From NCBI GenBank assembly GCA_964552945.1, contig CAZKIP010000002.1, forward strand, positions 136,990-200,989: DNA of 64,000 bases, read 5' to 3'. This DNA is from an uncultured Methanosarcinales archaeon. GTDB lineage: Archaea > Nanobdellota > Nanobdellia > Woesearchaeales > GW2011-AR9. The notes under the pieces are model-generated. The model was not told the origin of the DNA. It was given only the letters and a program-made list of their open reading frames with translations, and searched no databases. The position numbers and the translations under genes were made by a program. The stretch's first letter is position 1. Each line of letters opens with the position of its first letter. This document shows positions 48,933-58,640 of this stretch, in pieces.

Positions 48933-49268
48933 ATGGTAAAACATAGAAATGTATTTTTAGTGTATTTGTTCTCATTCATTACTTTTGGTATCTATAGTAT
49001 ATATTGGATGGTTCAAACCAAGAAAGAGATGAATGAAATGGGTGGAGAAATTCCAACCGCGTGGTTAATAATCATTCCTGTTGCTAACATTTATTGGGCA
49101 TACAAATATTGTGAAGCTTTTGCTACATATGTAAAGAAGGATAACAATACAATCTTGTGGTTTGTGTTATACATCTTAGTAGGGATTGTTATGCCTGCTA
49201 TCGTTCAACTTGAATTAAATAAGTTAGCTCCTGAACAACCTGCAGAAGCAGCTGAACCAGAAGCTTAA
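48933..49268 (+). CDS. DUF4234-like membrane protein
   Basis: ITFGIYSIYW ... Q.ELN; GAGGTGA upstream. Confidence 0.8.
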   Translation: MVKHRNVFLVYLFSFITFGIYSIYWMVQTKKEMNEMGGEIPTAWLIIIPVANIYWAYKYCEAFATYVKKDNNTILWFVLYILVGIVMPAIVQLELNKLAPEQPAEAAEPEA

Positions 49269-49339
49269 TTTTTTATTTTCTTTCTTTTTTTCTATTTTCA
49301 TACAAATTATTTATAAAAAAGAATTCCAATTTACATCAA

Positions 49340-49825
49340 ATGAATCATGTAGATATGTTAAATAAATTTGAGCACAACTTATTGGGATTATTGGAAAAAA
49401 ATCAAAAATATAATCTTGATTCATTAATTTCCGAGTACGATTTACCAGAAACTGGAAAAAGAGTTCTAAAAAATCATGGCTTATTAATTGAATGGGCTCA
49501 TTCCAATTATAATATCGAAGTAAGAAGAAGGATGGCTGAAAAAAAAGGGATACACCTTCTAAAAGGACTTATGGTTGTTGGAGGATTGGGTGCACTTGGT
49601 GGTGCAGGAATTCACGCAGTGATGTACTTATTTGGTAGCGATACAGATTTTTCTTCCCATGTTCAAACTGGTTTTGTGAGTGGAGTGTTCACCGAAGCAA
49701 TATTGGGTTTTGGAAGATCCGTACAACAAAGAGTCTTACAATACAATGTTTCTCAAAAATACATTCCAGAAATGCATAAATCCTACGATAGGACTTCAAA
49801 AGAATTAGAATCTCTTTTAAAGTGA
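49340..49825 (+). CDS. hypothetical protein with two Gly-rich hydrophobic helices
   Basis: LMVVGGLGALGGAGI and GFVSGVFTEAILG segments. Confidence 0.6.
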   Translation: MNHVDMLNKFEHNLLGLLEKNQKYNLDSLISEYDLPETGKRVLKNHGLLIEWAHSNYNIEVRRRMAEKKGIHLLKGLMVVGGLGALGGAGIHAVMYLFGSDTDFSSHVQTGFVSGVFTEAILGFGRSVQQRVLQYNVSQKYIPEMHKSYDRTSKELESLLK

Positions 49826-51493
49826 TTTAACCATATAAGGTCCTTCTTTATCATAACCCAATTTATTTTCATAATATTTCTTAACACCCACTCCCGAAAT
49901 AACAACCATCTTTTTTTTCTTGAAAGAAATAGCAATTTCTTCAGCTTTCAGCATCAATTTAGTACCCCATCCCTTATGTTGCACCATCCCAGAAGAACCA
50001 ATAGCAGTGGCAGTTCCATAAATATGCAATTCTCTTAACAAGGCACTACCTTCAATTATTTCTTCTCTTAAGAATTCTTTTGGAAATCTTAATCTAGCAA
50101 ACCCAATCAAAATGTCTTGACTAACATCCTCAGCAGAAATGAAAAACTCCTTTCCTCCTGAAGCGGTAAACTCTGATACTTTGATCTCAACTTTATCCCA
50201 ATTAATATCTCTTCCTTTAGGTTCTCTTGATCTAATATCTCTACTTTCTACAACCCTGGTTTGATCCATATATTGCCTAAGGTTAGTTCTATCAACTCCT
50301 GCTTTCCAATATTTTGTTGGAACGTCTCTTTGTACTCTTTGTACACGACAATATTCAGGGATTAAAGGCATTATCTCCGCAATCCTTGAAGCTGCTTCCT
50401 CTGTATCAATTGGTTCATACTCTCCTTTCTTCCATTTTTGATATAAGGCAGTTCCCTCAGCTACCATGCAAGGGTAGAATTTAATCATGTCTGGTTTGTA
50501 ATCAGGATCAGTAAATAATTGTTTCATTCCAGCAATATCCCTTTCCCTATCTGTTAAAGGAAGTCCCGGCATGTAATGAAAATTTATCTTAAATCCCAAA
50601 TCTCTTAAAATTTGAATTGATTTTTTAGCAGTTTCTGTATCATGACCACGATGTACTTCTTTTAAGACATCATCATAAACAGATTGAATTCCCAACTCCA
50701 CCCTGGTACATCCTTGTCTTAGCATTACATTTCCTTCTTTTAATAAACCCCAATCTGGTTTCGTTTCAATACATAGAGCAACACATCTCACTTTAGAAGT
50801 CTCATTCCTTAACTGCTCTTCTTCCAATGAAAGAACGTTTTCTTTTTTCATTTGATACAATTTTTCTTTAATTTTAAAAGCTCTCTCCGCACTTCTCATC
50901 TCTCCAGGAAGCATGAAAAATTCTTTGTATTCTTTCCATTTAAATTCATTATTTTCAAAAAATAAATCAGAGAAATCGTTCATTGCTTTATACAAACCAT
51001 AGACAAACTCTTCTTGATATTCTAAAGAAGTTGCTGTAAACGTTCCACCCATAATAATAATCTCAATTTTATCAAAACTATGTCCAAGTAAAGCATATTG
51101 TTGTAATCTGTTAAAAACTTGTAAATAGGAATCATAATCATTTCTGATACCTCTCATGGTAGCTGGTTCATGACCTGTGTATGATTGAGGGACATCTCCC
51201 CAAGGAGAATTTAAACCGCCGGGGCAATAGGTACATTTCCCATGAGGACATCTTGCTGGAGCGGTCATAATGGCAACTGGAGAGACTCCTGAGATGGTTC
51301 TTGTAGGTTTTGTAAGCAACTTCTTGATTAGAAGAGGAATTTCTTCATTTTGAATGTGTAAAAGAATGTCTATATTTGTAGGAATTTTAGGTAATTTGTG
51401 CTTCATAGAGAGATCTCTTTTGAAAGAAGTCCATTGTTTACTAGTAAAATCTCTTTTCTTAAGTTCTGCTGCTATTTCTTGATAAAAGTCCAT
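49817..51493 (-). CDS. elp3: tRNA U34 carboxymethylation radical SAM/GNAT enzyme Elp3
   Basis: KPTRTISGV, CPHGKCTYCPGG, QSYTG.EP, MGGTF, RELHIYG, QHKGWG. Confidence 0.97.
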   Translation of the reverse strand: MDFYQEIAAELKKRDFTSKQWTSFKRDLSMKHKLPKIPTNIDILLHIQNEEIPLLIKKLLTKPTRTISGVSPVAIMTAPARCPHGKCTYCPGGLNSPWGDVPQSYTGHEPATMRGIRNDYDSYLQVFNRLQQYALLGHSFDKIEIIIMGGTFTATSLEYQEEFVYGLYKAMNDFSDLFFENNEFKWKEYKEFFMLPGEMRSAERAFKIKEKLYQMKKENVLSLEEEQLRNETSKVRCVALCIETKPDWGLLKEGNVMLRQGCTRVELGIQSVYDDVLKEVHRGHDTETAKKSIQILRDLGFKINFHYMPGLPLTDRERDIAGMKQLFTDPDYKPDMIKFYPCMVAEGTALYQKWKKGEYEPIDTEEAASRIAEIMPLIPEYCRVQRVQRDVPTKYWKAGVDRTNLRQYMDQTRVVESRDIRSREPKGRDINWDKVEIKVSEFTASGGKEFFISAEDVSQDILIGFARLRFPKEFLREEIIEGSALLRELHIYGTATAIGSSGMVQHKGWGTKLMLKAEEIAISFKKKKMVVISGVGVKKYYENKLGYDKEGPYMVKSL

Positions 51494-51623
51494 AATTCCT
51501 CAAAATGGTAGTTTCTTTAAAAACTATTTTAAAAACAATAATTCACTAGCATATTGAGAACAATAGTATCTCAATCAGATATTGCCCAAAAACTTTATAA
51601 AGCACACCTTTAACTTACCCCCT

Positions 51624-51656
51624 ATGGTATCAAAAAATAAGATTTTTTGGAACCAT
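51624..51656. repeat. short hairpin repeat copy 1 (ATGGT..CAAAAAAT-AAG-ATTTTTTG..ACCAT)
   Basis: Imperfect palindrome in the rpl21e leader; similar to the copy at 51967-52009. Confidence 0.55.
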
Positions 51657-51678
51657 TTTCATATAGCAGGTATTTCAA

Positions 51679-51969
51679 ATGGTTACTAGAATAGGAACAA
51701 AACAAAGGAAAACCCGACATAAGTTCAAGCGAAATTATCGAACTAAAGGTAAAATCTCGATAAGCAAGTATTTGCAAGAATTTAAGGAAGGAGAGAAAGT
51801 TAACTTAAAAATCAACTCTAATGTTGTTAAAGGCAGATTTTTCCCAAGATTCCATGGTTTAACAGGCACAATTTCAGGTAAAATGAAAGGCTCCTGCTAT
51901 GAAGTAATCATTAAAGATGGTGGCAAAGAAAAACACCTATTTATACATCCTATTCACTTAAAAAAATAA
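51679..51969 (+). CDS. rpl21e: 50S ribosomal protein L21e
   Basis: RKTRHKF, FKEGEKV, RFHGLTG, DGGKEK, HPIHLK. Confidence 0.95.
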   Translation: MVTRIGTKQRKTRHKFKRNYRTKGKISISKYLQEFKEGEKVNLKINSNVVKGRFFPRFHGLTGTISGKMKGSCYEVIIKDGGKEKHLFIHPIHLKK

Positions 51970-52009
51970 AATGGTACACACAAAAATCAAATTTTTGAGT
52001 ACCATTTTA
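51967..52009. repeat. short hairpin repeat copy 2 (TAAAATGGTAC..CAAAAAT-CAA-ATTTTTG..GTACCATTTTA)
   Basis: 11-bp perfect outer stem plus 7-bp inner stem between rpl21e and rpo4. Confidence 0.55.
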
Positions 52010-52025
52010 AAGGTAAACAATTAAA

Positions 52026-52376
52026 ATGGTAAATCCACAATTTATATCAGAAGAACACTTATCCCTTGCCGACGTAAAGGTACTTATAAAAAAGATCCAA
52101 AAAAGGGACGAAGAAGTTAATTATAGGACAAATAAAGCTAATGATTTTCTGGATAATCTTGACGTAATTCTATCACAAAGTAAAAAAGATGAACTTACAA
52201 AAAAATTGCTTGATTTAAACCTAACCAGGCTTAAAGAAGAGCATATTATGAAAATAACCGATTTTCTACCCACAACTACCAACGATTTGAAGATTGTTCT
52301 TCAAGCATACCCCTTAAGTATGCCTAAAAAAGATCAAGAAAGCATCGTTAAGGTTGTTAAAGAGTTTAAAACGTAA
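52026..52376 (+). CDS. rpo4: DNA-directed RNA polymerase subunit Rpo4 (F)
   Basis: LSLADVK ... KITDFLP...DLK; conserved rpl21e-rpoF-DUF655 gene order. Confidence 0.85.
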   Translation: MVNPQFISEEHLSLADVKVLIKKIQKRDEEVNYRTNKANDFLDNLDVILSQSKKDELTKKLLDLNLTRLKEEHIMKITDFLPTTTNDLKIVLQAYPLSMPKKDQESIVKVVKEFKT

Positions 52377-52431
52377 CTTTTTTCTTTTAAAAAGCGCAAT
52401 TTTTATTAACTTAGCCTACTTTACAAAAAAA

Positions 52432-52998
52432 ATGACACAAGAACCACAAGAGAATGTACTTAGAGAAGAACAAGCAGTTGTACTAGATTTTCTTCCACAC
52501 GGATATTCTTCGGATCAAGGTAGTCTAAAAAGTCCAATTGCTCAAGCTATTGGAGTAAATCATCTTACTTTACTGGAACTTATCCCTAAAAAAGAGATTC
52601 ATTTACGCCCTCAACAAGAAGTTTATATTGGTGAAGGGAAAAGGGATGAAATTCATCATATTAAAGGTAAAATTAGTTCTGAAAGGTTAACTTCAACTGC
52701 AGAGAAAGAGCTAATTCATGCTATTACTAAGATAGTTGAAAAGAATGAAACTAAATTCATCGCATTTTTCAATAAAGCTCAGCCTTTAAGTATGAGAATG
52801 CATCAATTAGAGTTACTTCCAGGATTAGGTAAAAAACATATGTGGGAGATTCTCAACGAAAGAAAAGGTAAGCCTTTCGAAAGTTTTGAGGATTTAAAGA
52901 ATAGAGTAAAATTAATCCCAGATCCTAGTTTAGTTGTAGTAAAAAGAATTATGGCCGAGCTTCTTAAGAATGAAAAGTATAAAATCTTTGTAGGATGA
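52432..52998 (+). CDS. DUF655 putative RNA-binding protein
   Basis: VLDFLPHG, AQAIG, VYIGEGKR, RMHQLELLPGLGKK. Confidence 0.93.
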   Translation: MTQEPQENVLREEQAVVLDFLPHGYSSDQGSLKSPIAQAIGVNHLTLLELIPKKEIHLRPQQEVYIGEGKRDEIHHIKGKISSERLTSTAEKELIHAITKIVEKNETKFIAFFNKAQPLSMRMHQLELLPGLGKKHMWEILNERKGKPFESFEDLKNRVKLIPDPSLVVVKRIMAELLKNEKYKIFVG

Positions 52999-53000
52999 AG

Positions 53001-53696
53001 CTAATATAGCCTTTGCCTCACTTCTAAATAAGGAGATGCATCTAATGCAGCTGTTAGTTCTATGTAAGGTTTTACTCCATGATCCATTAAAATTGCATCA
53101 ACTTCTTTAGACCATGCTCTTCCATTTTTTAAGGCAATTATAGCCCCATTTTTTAACATCCTCATATTTTGGGGGTGCAAATCTGCAATATCTTTCAAAG
53201 CAACAACTTCTCCCAATATCCCTCTGACATCCACCATTGCATTGTCCCTACTTCTATCAACAATTAGGGCATGTAATTTGTCAGCTTCACAATTTACAAG
53301 AATTTCTTCCAATTCCTTCCTTGTTCTTAAATTTGGAGCCCTTCTTAAAATGGTTGAGCGTTCAGTTTCGGTAAGAGATTGTAAAGTGTAATTATCTATG
53401 TGCCTGTAAACAACTACCACATCAGGTCTATGTTCAACATTATCAGGAATAGAGTCACATTCTGGTCTGTAATGCACCATAAATCTATAGATCCTTGGAA
53501 TTCCTTTTTGTTGAACTTCCCATACTTTTTGCAGCATGGATCTTCCATCCATTAATTGTTTTCTTTTTTTTCCAGGACTACAACCTACTTCAACCAAGCC
53601 AAAGTATAATTCCTCACCATCATGGAAAAATGGAACACTAATACGTTGGGCTGGTGGTGTTCCTTTAGCAGAAGGAAATACGAAGTCAATACCCAT
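53001..53696 (-). CDS. hypothetical protein, possible degenerate PD-(D/E)XK C-terminal domain
   Basis: GILGEVVA ... EVDAIL ... YIEL. Confidence 0.55.
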   Translation of the reverse strand: MGIDFVFPSAKGTPPAQRISVPFFHDGEELYFGLVEVGCSPGKKRKQLMDGRSMLQKVWEVQQKGIPRIYRFMVHYRPECDSIPDNVEHRPDVVVVYRHIDNYTLQSLTETERSTILRRAPNLRTRKELEEILVNCEADKLHALIVDRSRDNAMVDVRGILGEVVALKDIADLHPQNMRMLKNGAIIALKNGRAWSKEVDAILMDHGVKPYIELTAALDASPYLEVRQRLY

Positions 53697-53760
53697 ATCC
53701 AGAATAATAATAAAGCACTTATATAGATTATTGTAATAAAAAAGAGTTTGTCTTAATCTG

Positions 53761-53822
53761 AATTTGTAAATTCTCCATTATTATCGGAAATATTTTTAAA
53801 ATTGTTATCCTTTAGTGATTAA
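53761..53822 (+). promoter_or_regulatory. 62-bp duplicated promoter, copy 1
   Basis: 61/62 identical to 55289-55350; contains the BRE/TATA-like CGGAAATATTTTTAAA. Confidence 0.85.
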
Positions 53823-53836
53823 TATAGGGTTAAAAA

Positions 53837-55159
53837 ATGAAAATAGAAGATAAAGTAGATGAAGAAAAACCAACAGTCTATATCACCAAATCACAAATGG
53901 AAGATATCAGAGAAGCTCTTTACAAATCATTGTTAGATGAAGATGAGTCTACATTAATAAGAGATAGAAATGCAAAAAATGTTGAAAATTTACGTGAAGA
54001 ATTGGATGATTTATCTGATGCAACAATTATCAGTGATGAAGAGATGTATTTGAGAAGAAATGGCATACACTCAATATATTTGACTGCATACACTGGAATA
54101 GAAATACACAATCCCTATTCACAAGACACACACTTGTATGGTAATGACGGACTCCATAGAATTGTTTGGCTTCACACTTATTTAGATTGTTCACCCAAAA
54201 GGTGGAATAATTATAGTCCAAATTTGACTACAGAACAAAAAGTCACGCTTATAGAATTAGGCATATATCCAGAAAACACAACTATAGAAAAGCAAGAGAC
54301 ATATGCTTCTTTAGTTGAATTATTAAATGCTGTAGAAATTGATCTTGGACTAGAAATGTCATTGTTACCATACATAGATGAAAGATTTTTTGACGAAAAA
54401 ATAGATGGACGTAAAAGACATGTTCTCATTGGGGAAGGGTGCCAAGGAATTGTTGTTCAGTTTCAAGGGTTTACCTTTAAATTGTCAACAGATGCAAAAA
54501 GAGAAATTGAAATTCTAAAAAAAATTAATGATGATATACAATGCAAATATGTTGTAAATATTGGTGGCACTATTACAGAAGAAACAATCGTTTTAAATGA
54601 AGGAGTAATTTTATTAGAATACATAAAAGGAGATTCGTTAGGCCAAATTGTTGATAATGATGGAATATTACCATCAGAAAAAGTATTAAAATATGGTGCT
54701 GACATATGTAATGGACTTCTTGAAATGAGAGAAAGTGGTTACTATCACACTGACCTTCACATAAACAATGTTATGATAGACCAAGAAAACGACAGAGCAG
54801 TAATAATTGATTTGGGTAGTGCTACTGATGACCCCTTAAAAATTAACCCACTGAATAGAGCTTATGGTACAAACGATTTAATTGCTCTAGGATTAATTAT
54901 GTATAAAGCAGCTACTGGGACTAATTTATTTAATATCAGTGAAGAAGAAACATTATTGTCAAGAGTAAAATGGGAAACTAAATCTGAAAGAGAAAGAACT
55001 TATGAAAATTTAACTTTGAAAAGTGAAATGTTGCGTAAAGTAAGAGAGAAAATAAATAATAAATCATTAGCTGAAGTAATTGTAAATTTACTTAATCAGG
55101 AACTCAATAAGCAACCAAGTTACTCAGAAGTTGAGGAAGCTTTTTTTGGTAATAAGTAG
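53837..55159 (+). CDS. Hanks-type Ser/Thr protein kinase with an unknown N-terminal domain
   Basis: IGEGCQG, FK, helix C Glu, LEYIKG, HTDLHINN, IDLG, DLIALG. Confidence 0.88.
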   Translation: MKIEDKVDEEKPTVYITKSQMEDIREALYKSLLDEDESTLIRDRNAKNVENLREELDDLSDATIISDEEMYLRRNGIHSIYLTAYTGIEIHNPYSQDTHLYGNDGLHRIVWLHTYLDCSPKRWNNYSPNLTTEQKVTLIELGIYPENTTIEKQETYASLVELLNAVEIDLGLEMSLLPYIDERFFDEKIDGRKRHVLIGEGCQGIVVQFQGFTFKLSTDAKREIEILKKINDDIQCKYVVNIGGTITEETIVLNEGVILLEYIKGDSLGQIVDNDGILPSEKVLKYGADICNGLLEMRESGYYHTDLHINNVMIDQENDRAVIIDLGSATDDPLKINPLNRAYGTNDLIALGLIMYKAATGTNLFNISEEETLLSRVKWETKSERERTYENLTLKSEMLRKVREKINNKSLAEVIVNLLNQELNKQPSYSEVEEAFFGNK

Positions 55160-55288
55160 ACATTAATTTCAATAGCAATTGATGATGATTAGGTTAAAAA
55201 TAAATAAAAATAATTCACAGAAATTATATAAGATATATTTAATAGTTTGTAAATTTATAATTAACATTTAATTAAAGCTAATCATTTA

Positions 55289-55350
55289 AATTTGTAAATT
55301 CTCCATTATTATCGGAAATCTTTTTAAAATTGTTATCCTTTAGTGATTAA
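55289..55350 (+). promoter_or_regulatory. 62-bp duplicated promoter, copy 2 (abuts the ATG, probably leaderless)
   Basis: 61/62 identical to 53761-53822. Confidence 0.85.
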
Positions 55351-58300
55351 ATGTCTCTAGAATCCACATTAACAGCAGAGGTTAGAAAATCTGTAATTGA
55401 AGGTATTGAAAGATATAGAAGAGAAACAACAATTATAAAATTGTTTGAACAAGCAAATGATTCAAATGTTGATGAAGTTACAGATGAACTTAAACAAGTA
55501 GTTGAATCACTTACTTCTTTGAATTCACCTGATTTAAAAGAGATTTACCAAATTGGATTCAGGACAAGTAAATTTTGTACTAAATTCAAATCAATGATAG
55601 CTTTACATGCCATTGGTGAATTAGAAGATTCAATTGTTTTGGAGGAATTTGAAAAAGTATTATTCGCTCGTGTAAATCATTCAGTTGGTGATACCAAAAA
55701 AAATTTGGTTTCCCAATATCTAGGTGTTGTTGCAAAAATAGATGAAGCAAAATTTGAACAATTCTACAATTGGAATATGTATGGACATGCTTACCTTGAT
55801 CAAATAAAAAGAAACACTTCAAATCAGTTGCCAGCATTGGCAGAAATAAACCCAATGAAATTTTCAGATTTAGCCATCAAATCTATTTTATTTCGTGGAC
55901 ATGTAGTTAAACAAGCTTCCTTATCAAATTTAAATGACCTCCTTAGGGTTAATCAGGGCGGTTATTTAGCTGCCATGAAATTCATCCTTGATGACACAGT
56001 AATTAACAATCAGTTTGAAGTTACAAATTCTTTAGAAAATTTATCTGAAATTAACCCTACTGAATTCAGAAGAATTGTTAATGAACAAGTTCTATTATAC
56101 TTAGAAGGTAAAAGTCCAAAATTAACTGTTGCCAGAAATTTAGATACTTTTGCAAAACTTTTCCCAAGTGATATTGCTGAGCATTTAAAAGTATTTTTTG
56201 AGAATGAGTTAATGACTAGTAAAAGTCGTCATTTTAATTATCCTGAAGAGATATTAATTGGACATTTAGGTGTTGTAGTAAATGAAAATAAAGAATTATT
56301 CTCTCAATTTTGTAAAAAAGGAATAACCTATGCTCCAGATACCGAGGTGTTTGAAGAAACAGTAAGAAATTTACATTTATTATTGGATTCTGATCCTGAA
56401 TTGTATGTGAAAATATTAAATGATGCACTAAAAGAAAAAAATGATTCTTTAATAAATCCAATGGCAAAATCATTTGACCAATTTATTTTAAAAAACAAAG
56501 AAGAATTTGTGAAATTTTATGAAAGGTATTTCAACATTAATTCAAGAATGATTGATGAAGGAGTAACTGAACAAATTCACCATTTAGCGAAAATTAATCC
56601 TGAAAAATATGTTGAAATTTTTTGGAATAATTTAAACAAGAAATTATACGTTTTAAAACTTGGAACTGCAAAATCATTAGGAGGGTTGGCTAAAGCAGAT
56701 CCAAAAAGATATGTAGAAGTATTTGAAAAAATTCTTGCCTCAAGAAGAAATCATGAAGTAAAGGATGAAGTTTTTGGAACACTTGATTCTTTGGTAGAAG
56801 AAGACACAGAAGAATTTCTTAGGTTGTTTGAAAAATCAATTGATTTCAAATTATATTTAGTAAACTGTCTTCCAAGTGTTGCAAGAAAAGATATTGGTTT
56901 GTTCTTGAAACATGTAGAGTATTTTGTTGATTATTTTGAGTATCAATCAGAGTTGGAAATTGAATCTTTTTTTGAGGCTTTAGATGTTATGTCTGATAAT
57001 GAACCAGTTAAATTTATTGAAACATGTAGAAATTTAATGGAAAGGTCTGAAAATTATGATGATTATATAAGAAAAAATTTAGAAAAAATTTCCCGCATCA
57101 GCATAGAGGACTACAAGAAGATGTTTATGAAATTGATTGAATCAAAAGATAAATTTCAGACAGGAAAAGTTTTTGAATCTATATCATTTTTGCCTCAATA
57201 CGACCTTGATCTATTTGAAGAATTATTTATAAAAGGTATTAATCATTCTAATCACAGAGTAAGATTTAAAACTGCAGAAACTTTAGATAAAGTTATAGCA
57301 GTTTCTCCAAAAAAATACTTAGAATTATATGGAGTAGCCATAGCAAACAATGACAATCATGTAAAAAGAGTAGTAACCAAATCATTAGAGGATTTTGCTT
57401 TAACTTTGACTGAAGAAAAAATTACTCCCTTAAAAGATAAAGCTAACAAATTTTCTAGAGATTACTTATCTTCTCCTTGCGCTGAAAGAGATGTTAAAAG
57501 ATTAGGTTTAAATTACGTAAAAGATAAATTAAAAGATATAGCAATTTCTGATAAATCTAATTTTGATAGGATGCAAAGTGTATTAAATAAAAATCCAGAA
57601 GGAATTGATGAAATCATTGAATGTAGCAGAATAAAAGTAAAGGATTACAGGATAATCAAAAAAGCTGGAAGGGGAACCATAAAAAAAGCATATAGGGCCG
57701 TAAGTTCCCATTCTGAAAGGGAAACTGTTTTCCTAATGATTGAGCCAAATTCTAGAGGATTTTCCAGACAGAAGAAAGTACATGGTGAAAATTTAAATGA
57801 TAAAGAAATAATGGAAAAAATTCTAGAAGCAGAATTTTCAAGTGGAGACTTACTTGACTTAACTGATAGAAGATACATCGCCTTAATTCATGGAATTCAC
57901 ACTGGAACTGATGACAAAGGAGAACCAGTTTATTTTCTCAAATCAGACCCATATGAAAGGACATTAGAAGAGATAGAAGGCGAAATTAAAATTGAAATTT
58001 CAGCCAAGTATGCATACCAAATGGCTTTAGCTTTAAATAATTGTCACCAAGAAGGAATTGTTCACAAAGATTTGAAACCAGGAAATATTGGAATTGATAA
58101 AAAAGGAGACATCAAATTATCAGATTTTGGATGCGCCACACAATTCAGTGTTTCCTCTAATGACTTATATCGATATCCTTTACTTTTAAGTCCACCTGAA
58201 ATGGCAACAGACAAACCAACTGAAGCAACTCCAGAGGCAAATACCTGGTCATTTGGAGCAATAATATATCAATTGATAATGGGTGAGCCCCTTATTGAAC

Positions 58301-58623
58301 TCAAATATCAAAGAACTGAATTAGGAACTGCAGAACATATAAAACAGAAAAAAGATGCATTTGCAAAAATAAAAGATTCTGAATATATAGAAAAAAGAAT
58401 TGATGAAATGAACCAAAAATTTGGAGATTCAGTTCTCAAATATAATAGAATGGAAAGTGAACTGAGGTCTGGCGTAATATTTAAAAATGAAATTGACCAA
58501 ACGGAATATAATCAATTGAAAGCCATTGCCATTTGTTATATTGTTATTAGAAGTTCCCTTAATCAAGATCCTAAAAAAAGAAAATTAGAAAGAACATTAA
58601 AAAGTATTGAATCTAAAATATAG
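55351..58623 (+). CDS. HEAT/ARM-like repeat protein with a C-terminal Ser/Thr kinase domain
   Basis: Repeated LxxLAxINPxxY/F helical units over about 700 aa; GRGTIK, HKDLKPGN, DFG, PPE, WSFG. Confidence 0.9.
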   Translation: MSLESTLTAEVRKSVIEGIERYRRETTIIKLFEQANDSNVDEVTDELKQVVESLTSLNSPDLKEIYQIGFRTSKFCTKFKSMIALHAIGELEDSIVLEEFEKVLFARVNHSVGDTKKNLVSQYLGVVAKIDEAKFEQFYNWNMYGHAYLDQIKRNTSNQLPALAEINPMKFSDLAIKSILFRGHVVKQASLSNLNDLLRVNQGGYLAAMKFILDDTVINNQFEVTNSLENLSEINPTEFRRIVNEQVLLYLEGKSPKLTVARNLDTFAKLFPSDIAEHLKVFFENELMTSKSRHFNYPEEILIGHLGVVVNENKELFSQFCKKGITYAPDTEVFEETVRNLHLLLDSDPELYVKILNDALKEKNDSLINPMAKSFDQFILKNKEEFVKFYERYFNINSRMIDEGVTEQIHHLAKINPEKYVEIFWNNLNKKLYVLKLGTAKSLGGLAKADPKRYVEVFEKILASRRNHEVKDEVFGTLDSLVEEDTEEFLRLFEKSIDFKLYLVNCLPSVARKDIGLFLKHVEYFVDYFEYQSELEIESFFEALDVMSDNEPVKFIETCRNLMERSENYDDYIRKNLEKISRISIEDYKKMFMKLIESKDKFQTGKVFESISFLPQYDLDLFEELFIKGINHSNHRVRFKTAETLDKVIAVSPKKYLELYGVAIANNDNHVKRVVTKSLEDFALTLTEEKITPLKDKANKFSRDYLSSPCAERDVKRLGLNYVKDKLKDIAISDKSNFDRMQSVLNKNPEGIDEIIECSRIKVKDYRIIKKAGRGTIKKAYRAVSSHSERETVFLMIEPNSRGFSRQKKVHGENLNDKEIMEKILEAEFSSGDLLDLTDRRYIALIHGIHTGTDDKGEPVYFLKSDPYERTLEEIEGEIKIEISAKYAYQMALALNNCHQEGIVHKDLKPGNIGIDKKGDIKLSDFGCATQFSVSSNDLYRYPLLLSPPEMATDKPTEATPEANTWSFGAIIYQLIMGEPLIELKYQRTELGTAEHIKQKKDAFAKIKDSEYIEKRIDEMNQKFGDSVLKYNRMESELRSGVIFKNEIDQTEYNQLKAIAICYIVIRSSLNQDPKKRKLERTLKSIESKI

Positions 58624-58640
58624 TGAAGATAATTTTAATA

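Noticed and set aside
53697-58640. Provirus or transposon carrying the kinases
   Set aside because: No integrase, transposase, terminal inverted repeats or virion genes are visible
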